Notes: generated by a model not told the origin, from the sequence alone. DNA of 64,000 nucleotides from an uncultured candidate division Zixibacteria bacterium (GCA_963668625.2 CAXXKA010000004.1:160001-224000), one strand, 5' to 3'. Positions 48,765 through 59,351 are shown, counted from the first letter of the stretch. Made by a program: numbers and translations.

Positions 48765-48864
48765 AGCGAGGGGATATTTTAATCTTCGATATTGATGCTT
48801 ACTAATATCCAACAGTAATCGATGTAAGGTCAAGCTTCGCTGGAGAATTTTTCAACATTCCATA

Positions 48865-50133
48865 TTATTTCTGATAGGATGGCTGAGGTTGGATAATCGT
48901 AGCTTTGCCTATACCGGTGTCCTTGCGGAAGAAGGTCAAAGCTACTATACTGACCCCCGCGTACAGAACAATCGTTGTCAGCATAACCGGAACAAAACCG
49001 TAATGCTCGATTATCCTGCCGCCTATCAGCGCTGATACCATCCACGAACCATTCCAGGACAAGCTCAGAAGGCTGTTTGTTCCGGCGTGATGTTCCGGTT
49101 CTACTTTCTCCATGGCGAAATTATTATATAGCGGCCAGGCCATGTTCATAAGCGATCCCCTGAACCAGAAAGCAACCAGGGCCGGCGCCAGGTATGGAGT
49201 GAACGCCAATATCAGGAAAAATGGTATCGAGAGAAGCTGCGAGAATACCACCGATTTTATCAGCCCGAATTTCTTGGCCAGTACTGGCCCCAGCAAAAAG
49301 CCAAACACGATGAAAACCTGCCCGACCGAGAATGCTTTGCCAATCGCTGAGGAGTCGAGGTCGAACCTGTTGGAGAAATAGATATTCAGAAATGGGATAA
49401 CCAGCCCCGCTCCCAGACCTATCAGAATATAAGGCATGCATAGCTTTCCGGTAGTGGCCCAATCGCGGGCTTTGAGATACTTTAACCAGTCAATCTTTCC
49501 CGACTTGATCGGCATTTTAGCCTCGATACGCCAGTAAAACATCACCGAGGTCAAGGCGAATATCGCCGCCATCAAAAGGCTGACCCGGTAACCCATCACT
49601 ATTCCAATTCCCCAGTGAGAGAGTATTTTGGGTATATAACCGCCTATAAGCGCGCCTATAAATCCCGCAGCCATACTCATCGCGTAATTTATGCTAAATA
49701 GATGTGTCCGTTCTTTGGGCGAGGAGTTACGCATGAAAAACGGCGAGGCTACCACGAACTGCACGGTGTATCCGGCCCCAACCATCATAGCAACAACTTT
49801 TAATATGTTTATATCCGTAATAAATGTCATCAACACGAATGCGACCGAGTTCATCAGGCTGGCGGCGATCATTATCTTTTTCAGGCGTATGTAATCGATC
49901 GCGATTGCCGCCGGCAAAGCCACGATAAGCGTACCCAACCCCTGAAAAAACAGGATATCCCCCATCACGCTCTCGGAATAGCCCAGCTCTTTCAAGTATA
50001 GATTGTATAACAGCCAGAGTATTGAGGTGGCATATCCCATGAAAAACGAGCCACCGAGATAGAATTTAGCATTACGGGAGAAAAGATTTATGGCGTCGAG
50101 GTATTCCCTGAGGTTAGTCTTAAACATAGTCAC
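48865..50133 (-). CDS. MFS transporter
   Basis: About 12 hydrophobic segments with MFS-like loop motifs. Confidence 0.85.
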   Translation of the reverse strand: MTMFKTNLREYLDAINLFSRNAKFYLGGSFFMGYATSILWLLYNLYLKELGYSESVMGDILFFQGLGTLIVALPAAIAIDYIRLKKIMIAASLMNSVAFVLMTFITDINILKVVAMMVGAGYTVQFVVASPFFMRNSSPKERTHLFSINYAMSMAAGFIGALIGGYIPKILSHWGIGIVMGYRVSLLMAAIFALTSVMFYWRIEAKMPIKSGKIDWLKYLKARDWATTGKLCMPYILIGLGAGLVIPFLNIYFSNRFDLDSSAIGKAFSVGQVFIVFGFLLGPVLAKKFGLIKSVVFSQLLSIPFFLILAFTPYLAPALVAFWFRGSLMNMAWPLYNNFAMEKVEPEHHAGTNSLLSLSWNGSWMVSALIGGRIIEHYGFVPVMLTTIVLYAGVSIVALTFFRKDTGIGKATIIQPQPSYQK

Positions 50134-50311
50134 TAATAAACGATAAAATACTTATAAAGGTTAGAAGATTTTACATCTTTTTTGTACTGATTACAAAATA
50201 GTGGAATTGATGGATATAAACCCGGGCTGCAATTCTAATTTAGGATTAAATTGTCACAATAAAAATTGGATTATCTCTATAAGTGATTTCCACATGATCA
50301 TTAGGTTTTTT

Positions 50312-50419
50312 GTGTCAGGATGTCGCTTCGCTTTCATCCTGACACATGTGCCCATGTATACTAAGGCTATATATACATCACCATTATGCCTCAGGATGGA
50401 AGGAACGACATCCTGAGGC
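50312..50419. repeat. REP-like palindrome doublet, flanked by a 25-bp imperfect direct repeat (50281-50305 / 50470-50494)
   Basis: GTGTCAGGATGTCGCTTCGCTTTCATCCTGACAC and GCCTCAGGATGGAAGGAACGACATCCTGAGGC; flanks AAGTGATTTCC..ATGATCAT.AGG match at 22/25. Confidence 0.8.
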
Positions 50420-50565
50420 GCTCTTCAACATAAGGTCAGCCAGTTGTGTAAAAATACTATAATTTTCACAAGTGATTTCCGTATGATCATCAGGTGATAC
50501 CTCTTCCCCGCTCAATCAGCGAATTTGTAAGTGTAAACGAAACACTTAAGCTGATTGGGGGATCG

Positions 50566-51066
50566 ATGACACAGATCTACATTGACCATCAACTGTTAGC
50601 AAAGATAGCCGGGAGTTCGCCGGAAAAGGCTGCCGATAGTGAGGATTATCTGGCATTCCTCGGCAGAATCAGGCGGGCTGTCGAGGCTCTTCCTGAAAAT
50701 CACTCCAAAGTGATTACAGCCTATTATTTCGAGACCCGGGTGATCGATGATATCGCCGAGGAAATCGGCCTGCCCGAGGAGGATACCAGGCGAATTCTAC
50801 GGGAGGGACTACTGAAACTCAAGCACGCCCTGGCGGATGAGGTTAAAACCAGATGGCCCGACCGTTTCGGCGATATTCGTATCTGCCCGATATGCAATCA
50901 CCCGGAGAGAGTTGCAATAGAGACGCTTATAAAATCGAAAAAGCGTAATGAGAGCTGGGGCGTCGTTAATCGACGTTTGAAAAGCAAATTCGGGGTTAGT
51001 TTCAATCCACCCTCGGTGATTATCAGCCACATGAAATATCATACGAAAGATAGTGAGGTAAAATAA
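50566..51066 (+). CDS. sigma70 region-4-like HTH fused to a CxxC...HxxxH Zn-finger domain
   Basis: IRRAVEALPENHSKVITAYYFE....DDIAEEIGL....RRILREGLLKLK, then ICPICNHPER..IE...SHMKYH. Confidence 0.7.
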   Translation: MTQIYIDHQLLAKIAGSSPEKAADSEDYLAFLGRIRRAVEALPENHSKVITAYYFETRVIDDIAEEIGLPEEDTRRILREGLLKLKHALADEVKTRWPDRFGDIRICPICNHPERVAIETLIKSKKRNESWGVVNRRLKSKFGVSFNPPSVIISHMKYHTKDSEVK

Positions 51067-51281
51067 TGGCAACGGATATTCATCACATACAAATAAGAAC
51101 CACGCCTGAGACTCGAGAGAAAATCCGGTCACTGGCCGAAAACCACGAACGTTCGACCGCCGATATAGTCAGAAGTTCGCTGGATATCGGCCTTAAGGTG
51201 CTCTCGAGACTTCTGGAGGCACAGGCTGATATGGTAAACGAGTATATAGCGCTGCTTAAAAAAGATGCCCGGGGACGGTAG
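51066..51281 (+). CDS. Ribbon-helix-helix (CopG/Arc-like) small protein
   Basis: HIQIRTTPETREKIRSLAENHERSTADIVR; translationally coupled (TAATG). Confidence 0.65.
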   Translation: MATDIHHIQIRTTPETREKIRSLAENHERSTADIVRSSLDIGLKVLSRLLEAQADMVNEYIALLKKDARGR

Positions 51282-51366
51282 CTCTGCAAGGTTATTTTAT
51301 ACGTTGGGAACCCCAGCGTTTCGCAACGAGAAGGAAATACCGGACAATAGTGATACGGAACTAAAA

Positions 51367-51819
51367 CTAATTCTTACGCATTGATTTCTTGAAATCGTAC
51401 TCGCAGTGAGGACAAACTTTAACCAGTGTACTAAGATGCGCGCCACAGTCAGGGCAGATTTTAGTGATCTTCGGACCGGCCTCCACCCGGGAGATCATCG
51501 TTCGAATATAACCGGCCATCTTGCGGGCATCCTCTTTTTTGATCTGCTCGAGTTTCAGTTCGTTGCCATCTTTTAGCTTTACATTAACCGTAGTGCGGCG
51601 CCAGCCCTCATCGAGCTTGATTTTATCGAATCGCGTGGACGGGTAGTCCTCGTTGGTGATACGGTTACCGAAACTGTGCTTGCAGAGGACGATACGATTG
51701 GGAGTGATCGCTACCGAGTAATTCTTCTTCTCGATCTCAACCTCCTCTATAAGCTGGAAAATATCCTCGCCTGGCGGTAGCGAATCGGTGATCGCCTCAA
51801 TTATCTCCTCGGTTTTCAT
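51367..51819 (-). CDS. Bacterial PH-like domain protein with C-terminal zinc ribbon
   Basis: VAITPNRIVL; KICPDCGA...KVCPHCEYDF. Confidence 0.65.
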   Translation of the reverse strand: MKTEEIIEAITDSLPPGEDIFQLIEEVEIEKKNYSVAITPNRIVLCKHSFGNRITNEDYPSTRFDKIKLDEGWRRTTVNVKLKDGNELKLEQIKKEDARKMAGYIRTMISRVEAGPKITKICPDCGAHLSTLVKVCPHCEYDFKKSMRKN

Positions 51820-51934
51820 ACCCTGATTGTGAGGGATTACGCGGATTTTGTCAATGGATTTGTATGGTAGAATATAAAGAGGATGACCTTTTACAGGCAT
51901 TTTTTTCAATTAATTATAAGTCTTCCAGCTGGTC

Positions 51935-52125
51935 AGTCAAGCCCCGAGTGGGATTGACCTACGACTGAATTCCAAAGTACGTCGAAACCGCAGGGGTTTC
52001 AACCTACTCGGTTAAGGTATGTCGAAACCGAGTGAGGGGCGACATGCTTGGTTTGTGCAGATATATTTCGAGGATGTTTGTGATTTCTTACGCGGGTTAG
52101 TCAAGCCCCGAGTGGGATTGACCTA
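51935..52125. repeat. Cluster of REP-like elements ending in CCTAC
   Basis: AGTCAAGCCCCGAGTGGGATTGACCTAC occurs twice, and GTCGAAACCG occurs twice. Confidence 0.7.
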
Positions 52126-52199
52126 CAGCTTAGATGCAAAAAAGGATGCCCTGCAACAGGCATCCTTTTCATATCTGATTTTTAATTTCTTGCTTACCC

Positions 52200-54329
52200 C
52201 TATTTAGCCAAACCGAATAGATCGAGAATCCAGGTATAACTAAAAGCTATCTCTTTATAATAATCATACCGTCCCGAGGCGCCCTGATGGCCTGCTCCCA
52301 TGTTAGTTTTCAGCAGGAGCCGTTTGTTATCGGTTTTGGTTGCTCGAAGCTTTGCCGCCCACTTGGCCGCCTCCCAGTACTGTACCCTGGTATCGTTCAA
52401 ACCGCACTCGATCAACATATATGGGTACTCATGAGGAGCTACATTATCGTAGGGAGAATAAGATTTCAGGTACCAGTAATACTTCTCGTTATTAGGGTTA
52501 CCCCACTCATCGTACTCCAGTACTGTCAGCGGAATGGTCTCATCCAGCATCGTGTTCAGCACATCAACGAACGGCACCGAGGCAACTATCGCGTAAAATA
52601 AATCGGGTCGCATATTAGCCACTGCTCCCACGGTCAAACCGCCGGCGCTGCCATCCCAGGCGATAAGCTTATCTTTAGAGGTGTAACCCTCCTGAATAAG
52701 CTTCTCAGCGCAGGCGATGAAATCGGTAAATGTATTCATCTTCTTGAGGAATTTCCCATCCTCGTACCACTGCTCACCCATCTCGCCGCCGCCTCGTATG
52801 TGAGCTATGCCTACAATAAATCCTCTATTTAGAAGGCTTAACCTTATCGAGGAGAAATAGGGATCGGAGCTTATACCGTAGGAGCCGTAACCGCTTAACA
52901 CCATTGGATTAGAGCCGTCCTTTTTCAAACCCTTCTTGTAAACGAAAGATACCGGCACCTCTACGCCATCTTTGGCCTTAGCGTAAATCAGCTCAGCCTG
53001 ATAATCATCAGAATTAAAATCGCCGAGCACCTCGTACTGTTTCAATAATTCACGATCTTTAGTTTTCAGATTATAATCGTAAATCGAACGCGGCGTGGTA
53101 TATGACATATAGTAAAACCTGAGCAGGTCGGCGTTGATATCCTCATTGTCCTGTGCCCGCACCCTGTAGATTGATTCCGGAAAATCAATATGGTAATCGG
53201 TTTCCTTGTTATAGCTCAATACCCTGACTTTAACCACACCCTTGATTCTCTCGAAAGCCACGAAATAATTCTTGAACTCCTCGAAATCCTCGATTTTTAC
53301 CTCATCCCGGTAAGCAATAAAATCAGTCCAGTTCTTGCGAGCAGGATCTTTGACAGACACCGATACCACCTTGTAATTCTTCGCGCCATCGGCATTGGTC
53401 AGGATGTAGAATCGTCCACCACGCTCGGTAACCTGGTATCGCAAATCTTTCGTGCGGGGGGAGATTACTTTAAAATCACCGTTCGGTTTGTTAGCATCAA
53501 GGTAGTAAACTTCGGATGTTATTTTCGAAGACAATCCCAATATGATATGGCTCTTACTTTTAGTTTTATAAGCGTACAGATAGAAACGATCATCTTTTTC
53601 GTGATATTTCATCACATCATCGGCGGTGTCCTCGCCCAGCTTGTGGCTCCATATCTTGTTGGGCAGATTAACCTCGCTGAAAGTGATATAAAATACGGTC
53701 TTGTTATCGTTCGCCCAGATGACTTCGTTATCGCATACGGTGATGGTATCGGGCAAATATTTGCCAGTGCGTAAATTCTTGAAATAAGCGGTGTAATTCT
53801 CATAGCCCGTCGTATCGACCGTGTAAGCGATAAAATTATGATCATCACTAACCGAGTACGCGCCGATATCAAAAAACTTATGATCACCGGCCAGCTCGTT
53901 CGGATCAACCAGTACCTGTTCGGGAGAATCAAGACTGCCTTTCTTGCGGCAATAAATCTTATACTGCTTGCCCTCCTCCGAGCGCGAGTAGTAATAGTAG
54001 TCATCTATTTTAACCGGGACGTCAACGTCGGTCTCTTTGATACGCGATTTGATCTCCTCGAATAGCTTCTCCTGAAACTCCTCGGTGTGTTTCATGACAG
54101 CATCAGTATAGGCATTCTCCGCCTCGAGATAATCAATAACCTCAGGATTATCACGATCTCGCATCCAGAAATAGTTATCAACACGAATATCTCCGAACAT
54201 CGTATCGGCCTTCGGTACGATTTTAGCTATCGGTGGTTCGGGTTGTTGAGCAAAGCTGTAATCGGTCATCGACATAACCAGCGCCCCCAAAATAAGTAGA
54301 CTAAAAAGTCTTACCGGTCTATTCATCAA
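52200..54329 (-). CDS. ptrB: Oligopeptidase B (S9A) with signal peptide
   Basis: DNYFWMRDR, GYGSYG, AHIRGGGEMG, GSAGG, VPFVDV, EWGNP, DTRVQYWE, AGHQGASGRY. Confidence 0.92.
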   Translation of the reverse strand: MMNRPVRLFSLLILGALVMSMTDYSFAQQPEPPIAKIVPKADTMFGDIRVDNYFWMRDRDNPEVIDYLEAENAYTDAVMKHTEEFQEKLFEEIKSRIKETDVDVPVKIDDYYYYSRSEEGKQYKIYCRKKGSLDSPEQVLVDPNELAGDHKFFDIGAYSVSDDHNFIAYTVDTTGYENYTAYFKNLRTGKYLPDTITVCDNEVIWANDNKTVFYITFSEVNLPNKIWSHKLGEDTADDVMKYHEKDDRFYLYAYKTKSKSHIILGLSSKITSEVYYLDANKPNGDFKVISPRTKDLRYQVTERGGRFYILTNADGAKNYKVVSVSVKDPARKNWTDFIAYRDEVKIEDFEEFKNYFVAFERIKGVVKVRVLSYNKETDYHIDFPESIYRVRAQDNEDINADLLRFYYMSYTTPRSIYDYNLKTKDRELLKQYEVLGDFNSDDYQAELIYAKAKDGVEVPVSFVYKKGLKKDGSNPMVLSGYGSYGISSDPYFSSIRLSLLNRGFIVGIAHIRGGGEMGEQWYEDGKFLKKMNTFTDFIACAEKLIQEGYTSKDKLIAWDGSAGGLTVGAVANMRPDLFYAIVASVPFVDVLNTMLDETIPLTVLEYDEWGNPNNEKYYWYLKSYSPYDNVAPHEYPYMLIECGLNDTRVQYWEAAKWAAKLRATKTDNKRLLLKTNMGAGHQGASGRYDYYKEIAFSYTWILDLFGLAK

Positions 54330-54569
54330 TTCCTCCTGAATTATTAAAACGCGATTGTTAGAACATCTTATAAAAGTACGGTATTATAACGAATATTGTT
54401 TACAAAATCTTGATAAATATTATATAATGTTTCAGGAACTTAGATCGATAAAACCGGTACAAGAATATGGATGAGATGATTAATTAATTGTGGCGAGGTA
54501 ATTATCGAGCAAATGATATAGTTTTTTGTTAATTTTATGTATAGTTAGACCCTTTAAAGGGAGAAATTA

Positions 54570-55421
54570 ATGAACAATTATATCAGATTCAGGGCATTGA
54601 TGGCCCTGGCATTCGTTATCATCTTATTCAGCAGTTCCTTTCCCCGGCTTTCCAACAATGAAATTCCAGAAGTTAATATGACATTTAAAGCGCAATGGGC
54701 TTATTTTAATGATCTCCAACACGTAACGCGAAAATCTCATACCGTAATGGTTTCCGGTTTTAAAAGCAATGGTACGGGCTATCGAATTATCTGGGATATT
54801 CCCTTCACCTATGGTTACATCCAGCATTTCAGATCGGGCTGGGACGAACAATCATCTCATTTCGATGAGGTCATTATGGGTAATCCCTCGGCTGGCATAG
54901 CCAGCGAACCGCAGAACTCGGGATTAGTATATTTCATGAGAATGCGCCTGCCCACACGTTCCAGGAATACGGCCAATATCGCTGCCGTATCCGCCTACAC
55001 CGATATCACCAATATAGATGCTTACACGAATAGATATTATACCCTTGATTTAGGCGTAGAGTACGCCACCGGATTATTCGATTACCTGAGCCTTACCGGC
55101 AAAGCCAATCCCACGGTCTGGTTCGAGAAAGGTATCAAATCCGATGATAACCTCGACTATGAATACTCGATTGATTATGATATCTTAGTAAGGTACAATT
55201 TTAAAAAACTCGAGTTAGGCCTGGGTTTGAATGGCATTTGTTTCGCCCATCGAGATAATATTCTCGGTGAGAAACGAAATCACCTCCAATTGAAAATCGT
55301 ATCCGGGCTGACAATAGTCCGGGGTATGCAGATACGATTCGATTTCAGCAAACCGTTGAGCAACGAGCTTGACGATGTATTAGGCTACGTTATAGGAACA
55401 TCGCTGTCATTCAGCTATTGA
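54570..55421 (+). CDS. Exported protein, possible outer-membrane beta-barrel (paralog of next gene)
   Basis: Signal peptide, terminal aromatic residue (..FSY), and DN..GE.RNH shared with 55432-56292. Confidence 0.55.
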   Translation: MNNYIRFRALMALAFVIILFSSSFPRLSNNEIPEVNMTFKAQWAYFNDLQHVTRKSHTVMVSGFKSNGTGYRIIWDIPFTYGYIQHFRSGWDEQSSHFDEVIMGNPSAGIASEPQNSGLVYFMRMRLPTRSRNTANIAAVSAYTDITNIDAYTNRYYTLDLGVEYATGLFDYLSLTGKANPTVWFEKGIKSDDNLDYEYSIDYDILVRYNFKKLELGLGLNGICFAHRDNILGEKRNHLQLKIVSGLTIVRGMQIRFDFSKPLSNELDDVLGYVIGTSLSFSY

Positions 55422-55431
55422 AGGACTGATA

Positions 55432-56292
55432 ATGCGGATCGTAACACTACTTTTTTATTTCGGCTATGCTATTGCGATCATATTACTTTGCCCGGAATTT
55501 GCAGGCGCCGGAGCCAATTTGATAACATTCAGTAGTAAAAGCGCTATTTCCGCCGAGGATAGCCTGCAAACCGGAAAAAGCGAAAACATCGAGCATATCG
55601 AAATCGAATCCACCGTCATGGTAAGCTCGATTGAGTTGGAGCCGGAAAATCCCCTGCCTGTTGAATGGCCTTTAAATTCCGCTTCAAGCTTATGCCTTAT
55701 TGATGACATCCTCCCTGGCTGGGAATTAAAATACCGGCAGAACAGCCCCTCGGATGATACCTTATTGAATACTTATTATAGTGATGGGTTCAAGGAGTTT
55801 CACGGCTTCAAATTCCGGACTCCATCACAGGCGCAAAAACAAAATGACATCGCCAGAAGCTCTAAATACTCTGATGCTTTCAACGCTTACAACTATAACA
55901 CTGGATTTTACACTTTCAAAATATCCGCCGATATGTTAACCCCGCCCGTGAAAGATTTCTGCCTGTTCACTACAATAGTCCCGGCTCTATGGCTCGAAAA
56001 ATCGAATCCGAATATTATTGAAAAGAAACGCAACCTGTCATTCGGTTATCGTTTTTTGATGACCTATAGTAAATCTCATCTGGCTTTTAATGGAGGAATT
56101 TCCGGAATATTTTTTGTCGATAAAGATAATGTAGTAGGTGAGGAGCGAAATCATATGAACTACGATTTAAATACGGCTATTGCGATTATCGAAACTACTC
56201 GATTCTCTTTCAGAATGAGATATCCGATTACCCGGGAATTGCGCCAAATAGCCGAACCGAACTATACCGTATTATTAACAAGAGGATTTTAA
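55432..56292 (+). CDS. Exported protein, possible outer-membrane beta-barrel
   Basis: Signal peptide, terminal F, similarity to the preceding gene. Confidence 0.55.
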   Translation: MRIVTLLFYFGYAIAIILLCPEFAGAGANLITFSSKSAISAEDSLQTGKSENIEHIEIESTVMVSSIELEPENPLPVEWPLNSASSLCLIDDILPGWELKYRQNSPSDDTLLNTYYSDGFKEFHGFKFRTPSQAQKQNDIARSSKYSDAFNAYNYNTGFYTFKISADMLTPPVKDFCLFTTIVPALWLEKSNPNIIEKKRNLSFGYRFLMTYSKSHLAFNGGISGIFFVDKDNVVGEERNHMNYDLNTAIAIIETTRFSFRMRYPITRELRQIAEPNYTVLLTRGF

Positions 56293-56297
56293 TTTTA

Positions 56298-56876
56298 ATG
56301 ATTAGATTTAACTATTCAAACGGCCTTAAACTAGTTTCACTGATTTTGATTTTATCCATTCTAGCCTGTTCCGCTCCGGCAAGGCAAAACAACTCAGAGG
56401 ATAAACTATCGATGACTCCAGATAAGGCTAGCATGATGCTAACCGGGCTGAAAACAACCCGTCTCATGCGAGGCAATGATATAGTTTTCGAGGGTCATAT
56501 AATCGGTTGGAATAAGCAGGGTTTCATTGGCCAAATCAACGATAGAGTCATTACGATTAAATATGATCTTCTCGGCAATACGATAAATATAGAAACCGAA
56601 CAAACCCTTTCTGGAAAAGGCGCTTTGACCGGCGGCGGTATCGGGATGTTAGCCGGTTTGTTTATTGCTGTAATAGGATCAACTTGCGATATGAATAGAG
56701 ATGGCAAGGATGATAATCCGTTATGGTATATTAAACCTGTTTTTATAATTGCCGCCTGTGGTTCGGCACTTGGAGCAGGTATTGGAACGTTTAGTAAGAA
56801 ATACCGCGAATACGAATACAACAAAGAGGAATTTATCAATAAACCTTTCGAAACAAAAGATAAAGAGAGTAGTTAG
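56298..56876 (+). CDS. Lipoprotein with glycine-zipper hydrophobic hairpin
   Basis: Lipobox ILAC; GALTGGGIGMLAG and GSALGAGIG. Confidence 0.6.
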   Translation: MIRFNYSNGLKLVSLILILSILACSAPARQNNSEDKLSMTPDKASMMLTGLKTTRLMRGNDIVFEGHIIGWNKQGFIGQINDRVITIKYDLLGNTINIETEQTLSGKGALTGGGIGMLAGLFIAVIGSTCDMNRDGKDDNPLWYIKPVFIIAACGSALGAGIGTFSKKYREYEYNKEEFINKPFETKDKESS

Positions 56877-57521
56877 ATGTTTGTTATAAAAAACGCTATT
56901 ACTATAATACTAATGTTATCAATAATCCTTCCCGGATGTTCCTCAACGGCCGTCAAACACAATTATGTTAACGACAACAATCTCAGTCCGCGCCGGGCAA
57001 TGAATATCAACTGGAATGATAGGCAAGTTACCTTAACCACCCTGAACGGCGATAAAATTAACGGTTATTTGCAAGGATGGTCGACTAATGGTTTTATTTT
57101 AAATACCGGCAAAAAAATCGAAATGCTACCATACGAAAGTCTCAGGGATTATATCATTATTCAGACTCGTGATAAAAACAGCAAAAAAGGAGCGAAATAC
57201 GGGTTTTACAGCGGCCTGGGATTGGCTGCAGCCAGTAGCTTTTATCTACTCAGAAAAGCTAATAATGATAACAATGAAAAAACTGTCGGTGATCCGCTGG
57301 TCGATGACGCCAAGTCGAATAATTCCGGCTACGCCTATTTAGCCATAATCACCGCTCCTCTAATCGTAGCGGTTTCCACTGGAGTAGGATCACTGATAGG
57401 CAATACCTCATACAGGCACGAGAAATACTATTTTAATACGAATAGATATTCAATGACTCCATACATGATAGACAAGCCGACCGCGCCGCCTCAAGACCAT
57501 TTAAATAATGATAATCGCTAG
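56877..57521 (+). CDS. Lipoprotein with glycine-zipper hairpin (paralog of previous gene)
   Basis: Lipobox LPGC; G...GW...GF shared; GAKYGFYSGLG and GVGSLIG. Confidence 0.6.
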   Translation: MFVIKNAITIILMLSIILPGCSSTAVKHNYVNDNNLSPRRAMNINWNDRQVTLTTLNGDKINGYLQGWSTNGFILNTGKKIEMLPYESLRDYIIIQTRDKNSKKGAKYGFYSGLGLAAASSFYLLRKANNDNNEKTVGDPLVDDAKSNNSGYAYLAIITAPLIVAVSTGVGSLIGNTSYRHEKYYFNTNRYSMTPYMIDKPTAPPQDHLNNDNR

Positions 57522-57590
57522 ACTAGTAATACCGGCAGGGTTAGAATTGAAGTTAGGGTATCTTATAAGCATTCGAATATTTTACTATAC

Positions 57591-58778
57591 TTAGCCGCGT
57601 TCCAGCACGATAATCGGTAATTCCTGCGGACATCCAAGCCTGAACGGGAACCAGTGCCCCATTCCACAACTGGTGTAAAGCTGACTGCCTCCGGGTTTCT
57701 CATACTTACCCCATAAATATTTCCCCGGCATCATATACTCGAAAATCGAGTTATTGCTGAAACCTATCTGGCCGCCGTGAGTATGCCCAGCCAGGGTCAA
57801 TTCTACCCCGCGCCGGGCGGCTGGCTCGAATCCCTGCGGGCGATGGCTCATAAGTATACGAAACGCGCCCTCCGGGGCCAGGTTCAAGCTTTCATCAACC
57901 GTCGATTGAAAGAACCTGGAGCTTCCCCGGCTCAAAAAACGAGGATCATCCGAACCGGCAATGAAGAGTTTCGTATCATCATCAATATTCACAGGTACCC
58001 CGGTACCGACAAGCAGCGGAATCGAGCTTTCGCTGAACGCTTTTATCACCTCATTGATTCCCCTGTAATATTCATGATTGCCCAGGCAGGCATAGGCGCC
58101 AAATCTCGGCTTAAGGTCACTTATCATGCCAAGAGCGTATGGAAGAGCCGTCAGGTTATCGGCAAGATCACCGGTTATAGCAATCAGATCGGGCTTATGT
58201 TTCGCGGCCTTTTTCAAAGCCTCCTCGAGATCCTCCAGTATGACGTAGTACCCCAGGTGAGCATCAGATATTTGCAATATTTTTAGGCCGTCCAGGCCCT
58301 GGGGCAGGCCAGGATATCTCATCCTCTTTAGCGGTATATTGACAGGGCTTCTAGAATTAGCTACGCCGAAAGTACCGGTAGTCATCGCCGCTACCGGAAA
58401 AGCGAACGCCGCTGCTTTTAATATCTTGCGACGTTTGGGATCGATTTTCTCGCTACTGATTATATTCTTTTTCAGGTGACGAAGTACCCAATGATACCCG
58501 CCTGAGATCGGTAACGATAACAACATTGCCAGTTGAACTACCACCGCCAACGCCACTCCGCTGGCACCGATACCGTGGAAGACCTGTACATTCCAGAGCG
58601 TACCCATTACCCAGATAAGTATGCAAAAAGTCCCGAATATCGGCATATTATACGCGCCCATCCTGATCCATCTATACTGCCACCAGGAGGGCACTAATAA
58701 CCGCAGAAACACCACAGTGACAACCGAAACAATAGCCATGAATACGACGCCAAATACTATTGGCAAGAACTCAGACAT
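57591..58778 (-). CDS. Membrane-anchored metallophosphoesterase (YkuE/YaeI-like)
   Basis: SDAH, TGDLAD, LGNHE, MSHRP, AGHTHGGQ. Confidence 0.92.
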   Translation of the reverse strand: MSEFLPIVFGVVFMAIVSVVTVVFLRLLVPSWWQYRWIRMGAYNMPIFGTFCILIWVMGTLWNVQVFHGIGASGVALAVVVQLAMLLSLPISGGYHWVLRHLKKNIISSEKIDPKRRKILKAAAFAFPVAAMTTGTFGVANSRSPVNIPLKRMRYPGLPQGLDGLKILQISDAHLGYYVILEDLEEALKKAAKHKPDLIAITGDLADNLTALPYALGMISDLKPRFGAYACLGNHEYYRGINEVIKAFSESSIPLLVGTGVPVNIDDDTKLFIAGSDDPRFLSRGSSRFFQSTVDESLNLAPEGAFRILMSHRPQGFEPAARRGVELTLAGHTHGGQIGFSNNSIFEYMMPGKYLWGKYEKPGGSQLYTSCGMGHWFPFRLGCPQELPIIVLERG

Positions 58779-58781
58779 AAT

Positions 58782-59078
58782 TTATAGTATTCTCTTTCCC
58801 ACGTATTCGTAAACAGCATCCCGGGCGTATTTCAAAACCTGTTCGGGACTCTCTCCCGGCTCGGCGAAATCAGGAGTCTCCAGAATATCGGTGACCATCT
58901 CCGACCACCAACCGGCCTTCACGGTGTGATCTATCATCTCCCGGTCGAATCCCTCCCCCATCAAATCCTCGGCGGATGGCTCATCAAACAGTATTATCGG
59001 CTTTTCGCTGTTCGCATCCAGCGTTACCCTCTCCTGAAGAAGACTTATGATCTTTTTGATCATTTCGCTTTGAATCAC
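58782..59078 (-). CDS. Hypothetical protein
   Basis: 98-aa ORF directly upstream of the phosphoesterase, with an RBS-like sequence. Confidence 0.6.
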   Translation of the reverse strand: MIQSEMIKKIISLLQERVTLDANSEKPIILFDEPSAEDLMGEGFDREMIDHTVKAGWWSEMVTDILETPDFAEPGESPEQVLKYARDAVYEYVGKRIL

Positions 59079-59351
59079 GATTCATACCCTTTCATCATTA
59101 AGCGATTGTAATAAGCTATCACCTGTTAGTCAATAGCATTATTATTTTGATAATACTCGAGAAAGCCCTGGCATAATATTTATTTCTGCTAAGCCTATCT
59201 CCTGAAAGCACTTCCGTCCCCAGGTAAAGAAAAGTTCATTTTTCTTCACGAATTCGGTTAATTTTTCAAATGAGACGGCCGACATACCAACAGATTTAGA
59301 AAATTGATGACTAAAGATATCCTTCAAAATGTATATTTACCGGAGGTAAAG

